From the IMG/VR virus record IMGVR_UViG_3300043427_000994: a stretch of 64,000 nucleotides of DNA; one strand, given 5' to 3'. The stretch is from a virus. Taxonomy: Duplodnaviria > Caudoviricetes. The notes beneath the pieces are model-generated. The model worked only from the letters and a program-made list of their open reading frames with translations. It searched no databases and was not told the DNA's origin. Made by a program: the position numbers and the translations under genes. Shown one piece after another: positions 9,712 to 18,300 of this stretch. Every line of letters begins with the position of its first letter. Position 1 is the stretch's first letter.

Positions 9712-9972
9712 CTATTTAACTGCTTTGTTATAAATTTCTTTCTGCTGTTTATGCCACTCGATAAAAGCATCGATTTTAACACGGCATTCGTAGTAAGTTC
9801 CATAGTTTTGAACTACAGTGTCTAACAGTTTGCTTAGTTCTGGTGATTTTTCTGCTTCTTTAAGATCCGGACAGCTCTGCGCTATATCGGCAGGTATATC
9901 TGGAAACTTAGGAGCAGTAGTTAAACATCCTGTTAAGAATATTATAGGAACTAACAATAACAATTTTTTCAT
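9712..9972 (-). CDS. o-spanin (Rz1-like lipoprotein)
   Basis: Lipobox LTGC after a short signal peptide; Pro-rich segment; immediately downstream of the i-spanin. Confidence 0.8.
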   Translation of the reverse strand: MKKLLLLVPIIFLTGCLTTAPKFPDIPADIAQSCPDLKEAEKSPELSKLLDTVVQNYGTYYECRVKIDAFIEWHKQQKEIYNKAVK

Positions 9973-10439
9973 TTGTTAGGCTCCATTTTTTTATTTTTTG
10001 CGGCATTATTAAGAATATCTATCGCCTCCGGTGCGACTTTGCACTCTTGATTAATAATTTTTTCTACTTCTTTTATCTTATCTTGATATACAATAACGTT
10101 TTCTTTAACTGTTTTAACTCTGTCACGATATTGAATAACAATTTTTTCATTAACTACCTTGGCTTGCTCTTCAGCAATCCTTGCTTTTTCTTCTGCTACT
10201 CTAAGTTTCTCTCTCCAACTGGCTTCTGTATCATATCCGCCTCTGAAATAAACACCAGCAACTAGTAACGCTATACTGATTATTTGAATTAAGAGGTGAT
10301 ATGGAGCCAATGCTGGAAACCATCTTACAATTCGATGTAGCAAAAAGAATGAAAGTAAAGACCCAACGATACCCATGAGCAGTATAACATTGACTGCCCA
10401 CAGAAGAAAACTGTCAGGTATAAAACTTAACATCCACAT
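9969..10439 (-). CDS. i-spanin (Rz-like)
   Basis: N-terminal TM segments followed by a coiled coil; lies between endolysin and lipoprotein. Confidence 0.75.
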   Translation of the reverse strand: MWMLSFIPDSFLLWAVNVILLMGIVGSLLSFFLLHRIVRWFPALAPYHLLIQIISIALLVAGVYFRGGYDTEASWREKLRVAEEKARIAEEQAKVVNEKIVIQYRDRVKTVKENVIVYQDKIKEVEKIINQECKVAPEAIDILNNAAKNKKMEPNK

Positions 10440-10441
10440 TA

Positions 10442-11071
10442 TTAATGTGCTCCAAGAACATGTAGTGCGTGATTATAATGTTTGATGCGATCCTCTAGGC
10501 CAATAGTACCGCCGTTAATACGTTTAGTCAATGTTAGGATGTCGCCCTTGTCTGCCCATTGATTTAGGTTATTAGTTTCCCAGAACCAGCAGGCACTTTG
10601 TACAGCGCCTTCAAATGTTTCTAGATATTCCGATGCTTCCTCGACCGAGATTTCAAGACTAGCGGCAAACCAACTATAATTTTCTTTGCCGGTAAGTTGG
10701 ATAAGACCTCTACCGCAGTAACGGAATCCGTCACCGGAATCTTCTGGTCCGTTACCCATGCGATTGCCATAAATTCTGTTAGCGATTTTTGCTGGTTGTT
10801 TTTCATATGCTCTTGCTTCGTCTAATGTTTTAAAATATTTTGGAAACACTTTAAGTAGACTTTCTGCTTTATAGTTTAAATTTTCTTTTAGAAATTTAAA
10901 TCCACCACTCTCGTGGGCACATTGTGCAATAAAAGCCGCTAGTCTATGTGGAGTATTAATCTCATACTCGGGACAAATTTCACAGATTGCGTCATACCAC
11001 TGATCAATATAAGGATTACCTTTTATTAATTCTGTTAGATCCGATTTAGTAAAGTTAAATGTAAAACTCAT
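10442..11071 (-). CDS. glycoside hydrolase family 19 endolysin
   Basis: AAFIAQCAHESGGF, YCGRGLIQLTGKENY, TKRINGG; start corrected to ATG 11071 (SD GGAG). Confidence 0.9.
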   Translation of the reverse strand: MSFTFNFTKSDLTELIKGNPYIDQWYDAICEICPEYEINTPHRLAAFIAQCAHESGGFKFLKENLNYKAESLLKVFPKYFKTLDEARAYEKQPAKIANRIYGNRMGNGPEDSGDGFRYCGRGLIQLTGKENYSWFAASLEISVEEASEYLETFEGAVQSACWFWETNNLNQWADKGDILTLTKRINGGTIGLEDRIKHYNHALHVLGAH

Positions 11072-11813
11072 TAATTTTCTCCAAAATAATCGCATGTCCT
11101 TTATTTTCGAACATGAATTTGTTACCAAGTTTGGTAATATTAAAGTTTCCTATGTACTTGGTTAGGAACATAACGTCAGCCATATCTTTCATGCCAACGG
11201 CTATGCGATCTTCTACACTTTCTAATATTGCTCTAGTTTCGCCCGATTTAATATATCTAAATTTCAATGGCTGAGCATAGATTTTCTTAAACTCAATAAT
11301 ATCATCGCTCATTTTGATACTTTCCATCATAGTGTTACTAAAGAAATTTTCATAGTTATTCATTTGTTTTTCTTCCATACGAGAAACATACTCGTTGGGA
11401 TTTCTGGGAATAACTTCTTCCAATTGTTCTTTAACAGCATCAAGACTATCAAAACTCTTATGATATCTAAATTTAAAATCATCAATACCTGTGAGCTTAG
11501 AGATTCCATACAACATTTCAGAAATTTGTTCTGAAACTTTACTTGTTCTTTGTAATTCAACAAATACACGATATTTACCATCTTCCAATTCACCTGGGCT
11601 CATATCCGCATCTAAAACAAAGTTATAACCTTTTTCTACAAAACTTACTAAATCCTCAGCAGGAGCACGGCTTTCTACCGTAAAACTCAAAACGACAACA
11701 TCAGCATCGTCTCCCATTTTAGATTTAAAATTATCTACTTCAAAAATTTTATTAACCAAGTGAATAAGATCACCGGCTTTTAAACTGTCTTCATTAAGCG
11801 GCTGGTGCTGCAT
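11055..11813 (-). CDS. conserved jumbo-phage hypothetical protein
   Basis: 252-aa ORF in a late operon; FKSKMGDDADVVVLSF block. Confidence 0.7.
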   Translation of the reverse strand: MQHQPLNEDSLKAGDLIHLVNKIFEVDNFKSKMGDDADVVVLSFTVESRAPAEDLVSFVEKGYNFVLDADMSPGELEDGKYRVFVELQRTSKVSEQISEMLYGISKLTGIDDFKFRYHKSFDSLDAVKEQLEEVIPRNPNEYVSRMEEKQMNNYENFFSNTMMESIKMSDDIIEFKKIYAQPLKFRYIKSGETRAILESVEDRIAVGMKDMADVMFLTKYIGNFNITKLGNKFMFENKGHAIILEKINEFYI

Positions 11814-12348
11814 TAGGTGCTCCTTCGGCTGGTGGTGCTCCTGCTCCTGCGGCTATTGCTTCGCCTGCTGGTGGAGGTTGTAATTCTGGGGCTCGTTGGT
11901 CGTTGGCTGGCTCAATCTCAGCATCGAGTTGATTCTTGTACCCTCTAAAAATATCAAACATTAATTTTTTAGGCATCATAACTTCAACAACCCAAATTGG
12001 GTGCTCGTCTAGTTTTCCTAATTTAGTACCTGGACGAATATCGTCGGGCTCTTTAATTTGACGAGGTTTAACAAGTATGTCTCGTTGATACTTTACTCTA
12101 CAGCCATACTCTAATAATCTTTTTCCTGCTTGGGGATTGGGCATCTTTTCTTTAGGCCACATAAAACTAACGGTAACCCAGTGACGATCCATTCTAGGTC
12201 CGTCTACTAGTTCCCCATCACGCCAGTTTTCAAAAACATACATATCGAGCTCATCAAACACACGCTCAAAGTCTTTGAGCACAGCAAGGCTTGAGTTGCT
12301 GTTATAGATAGTGTCAATGTTCTCAATAATTTCTAAAATATCACGCAT
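11794..12348 (-). CDS. conserved jumbo-phage hypothetical protein
   Basis: Start corrected to MRDIL (12348) because the TAAATA motif at 12372-12377 lies in the track extension. Confidence 0.7.
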   Translation of the reverse strand: MRDILEIIENIDTIYNSNSSLAVLKDFERVFDELDMYVFENWRDGELVDGPRMDRHWVTVSFMWPKEKMPNPQAGKRLLEYGCRVKYQRDILVKPRQIKEPDDIRPGTKLGKLDEHPIWVVEVMMPKKLMFDIFRGYKNQLDAEIEPANDQRAPELQPPPAGEAIAAGAGAPPAEGAPNAAPAA

Positions 12349-12506
12349 TTGTAAGTCATCCTTTGACGAAGTATTTATCTTGATCATTTTTATATCTTAT
12401 CAGTTCTGTTTTTTTGTAGATTGTTAAATATTTTGGTAGGACCTCTCGCAGTTTGTCCTACACAGTGTAGACAAGCGACGTCCTACGCTCATAAGGAGAG
12501 CAGTTA

Positions 12507-13241
12507 ATGACGACAAAACGAGCCAAAAAGCGTTTTCATAACGAAAATGTTATTGAGTTTACACAGTTCAATCACACAGTCCCACAAAACCTTCCACAGA
12601 AAAAACAGCGAGTACACGTAGTCCCTCGCAACAGAAACCAAGAAGAATATTTACTTAAATTAATTGATCCAGCGAAAAACATAGTTTTCGCTCTGGGTCC
12701 CGCTGGCACGGGCAAAACATTAATAGCGTGTCAAGTCGGTATTAAACTTTTCAAAGAAAAGTTGGTAGATAAGATCGTGGTAACTCGCCCAGCAGTTTCT
12801 GTAGATGAAGAGCACGGATTTCTTCCAGGTACCCTAGAGCAAAAAATGGCTCCATGGACTAGACCAATATTTGATGTCTTATCCGAGTACTATTACGCCA
12901 GGGATATTGAGAATATGATTCGTGAGGGTGTAATTGAAATTAGTCCGTTAGCATTTATGAGAGGTCGAACATTTAAGAACGCATACATTATTGCTGATGA
13001 AATGCAAAATGCTACGCAGAATCAAATGAAAATGCTACTAACGCGACTAGGTGAAGGCTCTAAAATGGTCGTAACAGGAGATTTAAGGCAAGCCGATAGA
13101 TTGGAGGATAACGGCTTGATCGACTTCTGCCAGAGACTACAAGACAAAAATTTAGAACATTTAGATCTTGTTCAGTTCGGTATGAAAGACATCGAACGTC
13201 ACGAGGCAGTGAAGGAGGTATTATCGATATACGGTGATTAG
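12507..13241 (+). CDS. phoH: PhoH-family ATPase
   Basis: GPAGTGKT, GFLPG, PLAFMRGRTF, DEMQN, GDLRQAD. Confidence 0.95.
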   Translation: MTTKRAKKRFHNENVIEFTQFNHTVPQNLPQKKQRVHVVPRNRNQEEYLLKLIDPAKNIVFALGPAGTGKTLIACQVGIKLFKEKLVDKIVVTRPAVSVDEEHGFLPGTLEQKMAPWTRPIFDVLSEYYYARDIENMIREGVIEISPLAFMRGRTFKNAYIIADEMQNATQNQMKMLLTRLGEGSKMVVTGDLRQADRLEDNGLIDFCQRLQDKNLEHLDLVQFGMKDIERHEAVKEVLSIYGD

Positions 13242-13777
13242 TTTTGAGGAAGGCTTAGCCCTTCCTCAACTTTGGTGACTTGGACCCCAGATTGTTTGAG
13301 GAATCTGATTCCCGCATCATCTCTATAGTCTTTACCATAGTAAACACGATTAATCCCAGACTGATAGATAAGTTTGGCGCAATCGAGGCAAGGGCTATGA
13401 GTAACAAAAAGATCGGCACCAACGCCAGACTCAGTACTACGAGCCAATTTTGCGATAGCATTTGTTTCGGCATGTAACACCTCCGGTTTAGTTTTTAAAC
13501 GATACCTTTTAGTAAATCCTTGGTCGGTATCACTCCATTCAGTAAAAGGCCACTGCTCTTCAATTTCGTCTGGATTTAACCAACCTCCTGCTCCTCGATC
13601 CATATACTCTCGATCTTCACAGTTGTTTTCCCAACCGGCCGGCATACCATTGTAACCCATTGACACGACTCTATCGTCTTTTACAATCACAGCGCCAACT
13701 TGTAATCGTTGGGCGTGACTCATTTTTGCCACTCGACTAGCAAAGTCGTTGTATAATTGTATAAACTTTTGTTTCAT
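13238..13777 (-). CDS. dCMP deaminase
   Basis: HAETNAI and SPCLDC zinc motifs; GYNGMP. Confidence 0.92.
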   Translation of the reverse strand: MKQKFIQLYNDFASRVAKMSHAQRLQVGAVIVKDDRVVSMGYNGMPAGWENNCEDREYMDRGAGGWLNPDEIEEQWPFTEWSDTDQGFTKRYRLKTKPEVLHAETNAIAKLARSTESGVGADLFVTHSPCLDCAKLIYQSGINRVYYGKDYRDDAGIRFLKQSGVQVTKVEEGLSLPQN

Positions 13778-14097
13778 TCTTCTAGCATGGCTCTTTTGTT
13801 AGGTACATCTTTCCATGATTCGGCACTGACCATTGCTTGTTTTTTAACGGTAATAACTGGCCAATTCTTACTCAACCGAGCGTTGAGGTCAATCCACTCT
13901 TGTAAATTTGGATAATCATCATCGTCCGCTACAATAGCATTTACTGGACAGGCATCGACACAGACATGACAGTCAATACATTCGTCGGGATTAATTGCTA
14001 AGAAATTTGGACCTTCATGGAACGCATCAACTGGACATACCTCTACACAGTCAGTATGCTTACATCTAATACAATTTTCTGTGACAACGTAGGTCAT
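13774..14097 (-). CDS. fdxA: 7Fe ferredoxin (FdxA type)
   Basis: MTYVVTENCIRCKHTDCVEVCPVD and CIDCHVCVDACP patterns. Confidence 0.92.
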   Translation of the reverse strand: MTYVVTENCIRCKHTDCVEVCPVDAFHEGPNFLAINPDECIDCHVCVDACPVNAIVADDDDYPNLQEWIDLNARLSKNWPVITVKKQAMVSAESWKDVPNKRAMLEE

Positions 14098-15020
14098 TAT
14101 TGTAATCTTGACAATCTAATCAATGTAGCGGCTAAGTTAATTTCGGCATCTGCTACAGAAATGTGATCAACTAAACCTTGTTTAATGATAAGAACAGCAT
14201 TGTCTTGTAATTCTTCTGTGCCACCAAATAAATTAATATTGTCATACATCCAACGATAGATATCTTCCATTTCCTCTGGGCGAGCTTGGCTACACAATAA
14301 TTTACGTGCCTCTCCTATTTTTCCCTTCTTGAACAGTTCTACCATCTCAATTCTATAATCAGTACTAGCATCGTTGACTTCTGGAGCATGAAGTTTTCCA
14401 TCTAAACTGTTCATTTGAATGTTATTAATACACTTACGCAGATCTGGATATGTACCTTTGACATAGGTATCTAAAGTATCTAAGTCAAATTCAACATTTT
14501 CCTCTACAAGAATAGTTGCCACACGGGCAGTAAACTCTGTTAGATCAGTTTTTTCAATATGTACCTGTTGGCAACGACTGTGTAGTGCTGGAATAATTCT
14601 ATTAGGATAGTTACAAGTAAGAATAAATCTTACGCTGTGACTGTATTCTTCCATAAGATTACGCAGTGCTGGCTGTACTGACTGCGGATTCAAATAATCA
14701 GCCTCATCTAAGATAACAACTTTAAATTCGCCAAACGGCATAGTTTGACAAAATCCTGTTAGTTTATCGTTAAGCCATTCAATCTTACGACCTTCTTTAC
14801 TAGCGTTGGCTAATAAAACGTCAGTATCTTGAACATCTAACTCGTTAACTAAAATTTTTGCCAGAGTAGTTTTACCAACACCTGCGTTACCACTGAACAG
14901 TAGATGTGGAATACTACCGTCTTTGACCCACTGGTCAATTTGACTTTTTTGACGTTCGTCTTTAAACACATAACCATCCAGTGTGCTAGGACGATACTTT
15001 TCTACCCATAATTCTTTCAT
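14097..15020 (-). CDS. sliding-clamp loader small subunit (RFC / gp44-like)
   Basis: LWVEKYRP, GNAGVGKT, ILDEAD, SRC, PDLRK. Confidence 0.92.
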   Translation of the reverse strand: MKELWVEKYRPSTLDGYVFKDERQKSQIDQWVKDGSIPHLLFSGNAGVGKTTLAKILVNELDVQDTDVLLANASKEGRKIEWLNDKLTGFCQTMPFGEFKVVILDEADYLNPQSVQPALRNLMEEYSHSVRFILTCNYPNRIIPALHSRCQQVHIEKTDLTEFTARVATILVEENVEFDLDTLDTYVKGTYPDLRKCINNIQMNSLDGKLHAPEVNDASTDYRIEMVELFKKGKIGEARKLLCSQARPEEMEDIYRWMYDNINLFGGTEELQDNAVLIIKQGLVDHISVADAEINLAATLIRLSRLQ

Positions 15021-15169
15021 TGTTTGCCCTTAAAGAGATTTTTAATAGATTTAAATAAATTTAGATACCTAAAGTGGTAATCAGTTAGCATTGGAGTAAC
15101 ATGCGGACAACGTCCCTGTCTCCAATCGCAATTTGGTTTTATTTCTTCTTTACAGATTTCGCATTTCAT
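15017..15169 (-). CDS. 50-aa Cys-rich (Zn-finger-like) protein, below the track cutoff
   Basis: MKCEICKEEIKPNCDWRQGRCPH...; ATGA overlaps with both neighbours. Confidence 0.7.
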   Translation of the reverse strand: MKCEICKEEIKPNCDWRQGRCPHVTPMLTDYHFRYLNLFKSIKNLFKGKQ

Positions 15170-15579
15170 TTTTTAGCCTCTGCGTCTACTACACGCTGTC
15201 TTAATTCGGTTGTTGAGAAACTGTGTTTACGTTGATTAAAATAATAGTCCATAGCAATATCATGTCCAGTAAATTCTTTGCCTGCGTATTCTTCACCTAA
15301 TATTCTAACATTAATAGGAAAAGAAAGCAAGATGTCTCGAAGTTCTCGTTCTGTTGAATACGGAACAATTTGATCTACAAATTTACAGGCCTTTAATTGA
15401 GCCCATCGTTCAAATACACCCTGAACTGGTTTATTTTTAGTATTTGGTCTGTCAATAGTAGGGTCAGTTTGCAACCCAACTATTAAAAAATCACATTGCG
15501 TTTTTGCTTCTTCAAGCATCATAACATGTCCGGCATGAAACAAATCAAATGTCGAACAAGTAAAACCAACTTTCATCAA
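15166..15579 (-). CDS. TagD-like cytidylyltransferase
   Basis: TFDLFHAGH (HxGH) and SFSTTELR motifs. Confidence 0.88.
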   Translation of the reverse strand: MMKVGFTCSTFDLFHAGHVMMLEEAKTQCDFLIVGLQTDPTIDRPNTKNKPVQGVFERWAQLKACKFVDQIVPYSTERELRDILLSFPINVRILGEEYAGKEFTGHDIAMDYYFNQRKHSFSTTELRQRVVDAEAKK

Positions 15580-15905
15580 TGATTCCTTTTACCGTCGAAT
15601 ACACAGTTAAACACTAAATCGGACTCTCCAGTATTCCAAACTTTGTGAAACAATCCGTCTGGAATTAATACAATGTCCCCACCTTCGACTTCATATAAGT
15701 CGTCACCGACTTGAATACTGCCACGACCATACATAAAAAAATAAACTTCTTCTTGGCCTTGGTGATAGTGTCCGTTTGTATTTTGTCCTACATGTAAAAT
15801 AGTTTGACTCAATACAAGATTTTTAAGTGTCTTATTATCTCGTAGCGTATAAACAGCATTAGCCTTAATGATGTCTCCGCCGATATTATTGGTGTTTACT
15901 TTCAT
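15576..15905 (-). CDS. cupin-domain protein
   Basis: HYHQGQEEVYFF and GDIVLIPDGLFHKVWN motifs. Confidence 0.85.
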   Translation of the reverse strand: MKVNTNNIGGDIIKANAVYTLRDNKTLKNLVLSQTILHVGQNTNGHYHQGQEEVYFFMYGRGSIQVGDDLYEVEGGDIVLIPDGLFHKVWNTGESDLVFNCVFDGKRNH

Positions 15906-15911
15906 CTTTAC

Positions 15912-15940
15912 ATTATAAAGATAAAAAAAGGGTCTGTCAA
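15912..15940 (-). promoter_or_regulatory. sigma70-type promoter
   Basis: TTGACA (15935-15940) N17 TATAAT (15912-15917). Confidence 0.85.
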
Positions 15941-15948
15941 GACCCTTT
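15923..15948 (-). terminator. intrinsic terminator whose loop is the -35 hexamer
   Basis: Minus strand reads AAAGGGTC-TTGACA-GACCC-TTTTTTT. Confidence 0.8.
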
Positions 15949-15952
15949 GGTG

Positions 15953-16318
15953 TTATTTAACAAACGGTTTTAAATCGGGCGGTGTCCACCCTACAGGTTT
16001 GAGAACCTTACCATCTTCACGTTTACGAACTTTACCTGTATCTTTGTCAATTTTGGCAAAGTTAGTACGCATAACTTCTTTCCAAGCACCTTCTGCGTCG
16101 GCACCCATACTATGAACAGCACCTATAGTAACAACCAAAATATCAATCAACGCATCTAATGTTTCTACTTTATCGTTGTTTGTAATAGCATCAATGAGTT
16201 CATTACATTCCTCATTGATTAGTTTTACGTATAGTTCAAACTGTGCGGAGTTAACATCATCTACGGACTGATCACATGCCCGCATGAACTTTTCTTGATC
16301 TCTAAACGGATTGGTCAT
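15953..16318 (-). CDS. MazG-like / all-alpha NTP pyrophosphohydrolase
   Basis: LINEECNEL...ETLDALIDILVV and REDGKVLKP. Confidence 0.8.
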   Translation of the reverse strand: MTNPFRDQEKFMRACDQSVDDVNSAQFELYVKLINEECNELIDAITNNDKVETLDALIDILVVTIGAVHSMGADAEGAWKEVMRTNFAKIDKDTGKVRKREDGKVLKPVGWTPPDLKPFVK

Positions 16319-16656
16319 AGCAGTCCAATCTGAGCGTCTTTGGGCTGTTCAGGATCCCAGAGCATCACACAATCTGTGTCAATAAGACGGATTGTCTTTT
16401 TCTCTCCAGAATCTTCTTCAATTTCGATACCTCTACTCCAGCGACCATGTTCTACTAAGACCCAGTCTCCAACGCCGTATACTTCGTTGTGATTTGGACC
16501 TACAGCATATACCCGAGCCCAACGAGGATGTATACCATGATCCTTGCCATCGTCGCTCATAAGAAAAATTCCACTTTTGGTTTGTTGTTCACCAAAGTTC
16601 ATATCACTTACCAATACTTTATCTCGTAATGGTTTGATTTTACCTCGAACAGCCAT
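16315..16656 (-). CDS. groES: GroES-like co-chaperonin
   Basis: IKPLRDKVLV, QTKSGIFL, VYAVGP, VGDWVLV. Confidence 0.8.
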   Translation of the reverse strand: MAVRGKIKPLRDKVLVSDMNFGEQQTKSGIFLMSDDGKDHGIHPRWARVYAVGPNHNEVYGVGDWVLVEHGRWSRGIEIEEDSGEKKTIRLIDTDCVMLWDPEQPKDAQIGLL

Positions 16657-16665
16657 TAGCTCTCC

Positions 16666-16881
16666 TTATTTTTTATTTTCAGATTGCTCGTAAAAGTCTT
16701 TAAGAATATCTTCTCTTTTACGAACGATTTTACCACCTGCTCCTAATTGGTCACCGCGAGCATTTACACGAGCGTTTCCGACAGCAGGTGTAAGTTCGTT
16801 GCGTTGACGAAGCAGATCCATGTCAATGGTTTTACCATTGGCAGTTCTATATACTTTTTTTGGTGTTGGTTTTTGTGGCAT
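16666..16881 (-). CDS. hypothetical basic protein
   Basis: 71-aa ORF with SD (AGGAGG); AVGNARVNARGD block. Confidence 0.7.
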   Translation of the reverse strand: MPQKPTPKKVYRTANGKTIDMDLLRQRNELTPAVGNARVNARGDQLGAGGKIVRKREDILKDFYEQSENKK

Positions 16882-16908
16882 TTTAGTACCTCCTAATTAT
16901 ATATGTAC

Positions 16909-17409
16909 TTATCTCAAAAATTCTCGCCAGTCTAGATTATATTTTATGCTGTCTATTCGATGTACTCCTATTAAGAAAAGTACATAACTGGCCACACTAG
17001 ATCCTCTGCCCACACCCCAAATAACTTGATTTTTCTTACAAGTGTCAACAAAGTATTTTAACCAGCGTAACAGATCTAGCATATTTCTATCTCTAAATTC
17101 TTGGAGTTCTTCAATAAGTCGCTGGTAGTTTTCTTTTGGACAAACATTGACTAAAAAGCCTTCTATGTCCATATTTTGATACTCGTCGGGCATGAACCAA
17201 GTTTTCTGTAAAGACTGATCAAAGTCTTCAATAGAGATGTCTAACTCTTGGTAAATTTTAAGTGGAGTGTTAGATACGGAATTGTATTTTTGAATATGAC
17301 TGTCGTCATCGACTAAAATATTTTGAAGAATATCCGATTTACCTTTGTAAATAATTTCTACAATTTCATCGGAAGAGTATACAGGAATACCAAATTTATC
17401 TAGTCTCAT
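16909..17409 (-). CDS. DnaE (Pol III alpha)-like N-terminal palm fragment lacking catalytic Asp residues
   Basis: C-terminal WGVGRGSSVASYVLFLIGVHRIDSIKYNLDWREFLR matches DnaE GxGRGS..GSLV.Y.L.IT..DP..Y.LLFERFL and then stops. Confidence 0.75.
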   Translation of the reverse strand: MRLDKFGIPVYSSDEIVEIIYKGKSDILQNILVDDDSHIQKYNSVSNTPLKIYQELDISIEDFDQSLQKTWFMPDEYQNMDIEGFLVNVCPKENYQRLIEELQEFRDRNMLDLLRWLKYFVDTCKKNQVIWGVGRGSSVASYVLFLIGVHRIDSIKYNLDWREFLR

Positions 17410-17418
17410 AGGACTATT

Positions 17419-17652
17419 TTAATTGACATTAATTAAATTGTCAAGATCTGTATCGCGTTTTTGACTAATTTCTTCCCACATTTTAGATCGACGTACTGCC
17501 AATTCTTCTTTATATGACTCTAACATTACCAGCACTTGGTGTTGAAGTGCTGGATTTCTAGCCGCTTGGAAATATTTTCTTGAAAGTTCTTGTATCTTAG
17601 TTTCAAGTTCAGAGTCTTTGAGACTCTTAGTATTTTCCATTAATGGATGCAT
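17419..17652 (-). CDS. hypothetical coiled-coil protein
   Basis: 77-aa helical ORF in the operon. Confidence 0.65.
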   Translation of the reverse strand: MHPLMENTKSLKDSELETKIQELSRKYFQAARNPALQHQVLVMLESYKEELAVRRSKMWEEISQKRDTDLDNLINVN

Positions 17653-17653
17653 A

Positions 17654-18271
17654 TTAACTCGCTACTAGAGTAAATTGTCCAAGGTATCGTGCGTAAATGT
17701 TAACACCGCCGTCGAATGTCCAAAACTCAAAAATTTTAGCATCTGTAGAGTCTACACTAAGAATGGTTTCAATGTCCATTCCGTCTCTTGGCCATGCTTC
17801 GTCGTATAAGAAATTTAAACCAGATGGATAGACAAATTCAAAGTATTGAGTAGATCCTAATTGAGAAGTAATTTGAACTCTCAAAGGACCATATCTACCG
17901 GCCTCTGGCCAGTTATCAAATCTCAATACCTGAGGATTTGAAGAACTAGTTCCTGTTTTGTTTAGTGCAAAACTTTGATAAGGACCGTTAGAAAAATCAA
18001 TTGGCTGACCTTCTGGATCATTATTGTTTACGCCAGTTAAATCAAAAGAATCATACGACACATTTCCTAAATTAACATTAGAAATAGTATTGCCGTTTAA
18101 ATTTCCGCCTTCTGTGCGGCTAAGAGTTGTTCCTTGTAGGCTTTCAATGTCTGTTTTAGCCTGGGCTAAACTATCTTTAATAGAAGCAAAGTTATCACGA
18201 AAACCCTGGCTTTCGTTATCAATTCCTGCTACGGGGAATTGAGCATCAATTTCTGTTACGCGATATGGCAT
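17654..18271 (-). CDS. putative virion structural protein
   Basis: FPVAGIDNESQGFRDNF block; late motif at 18295. Confidence 0.65.
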   Translation of the reverse strand: MPYRVTEIDAQFPVAGIDNESQGFRDNFASIKDSLAQAKTDIESLQGTTLSRTEGGNLNGNTISNVNLGNVSYDSFDLTGVNNNDPEGQPIDFSNGPYQSFALNKTGTSSSNPQVLRFDNWPEAGRYGPLRVQITSQLGSTQYFEFVYPSGLNFLYDEAWPRDGMDIETILSVDSTDAKIFEFWTFDGGVNIYARYLGQFTLVAS

Positions 18272-18300
18272 TTGTTAGGTATCCTTATATCCGATATTTA

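Noticed and set aside
16909-17652. Split intein or frameshift joining the DnaE fragment to the next ORF
   Set aside because: No intein N-terminal motif, and the downstream 77-aa ORF has no PDxDxDF or other DnaE similarity.
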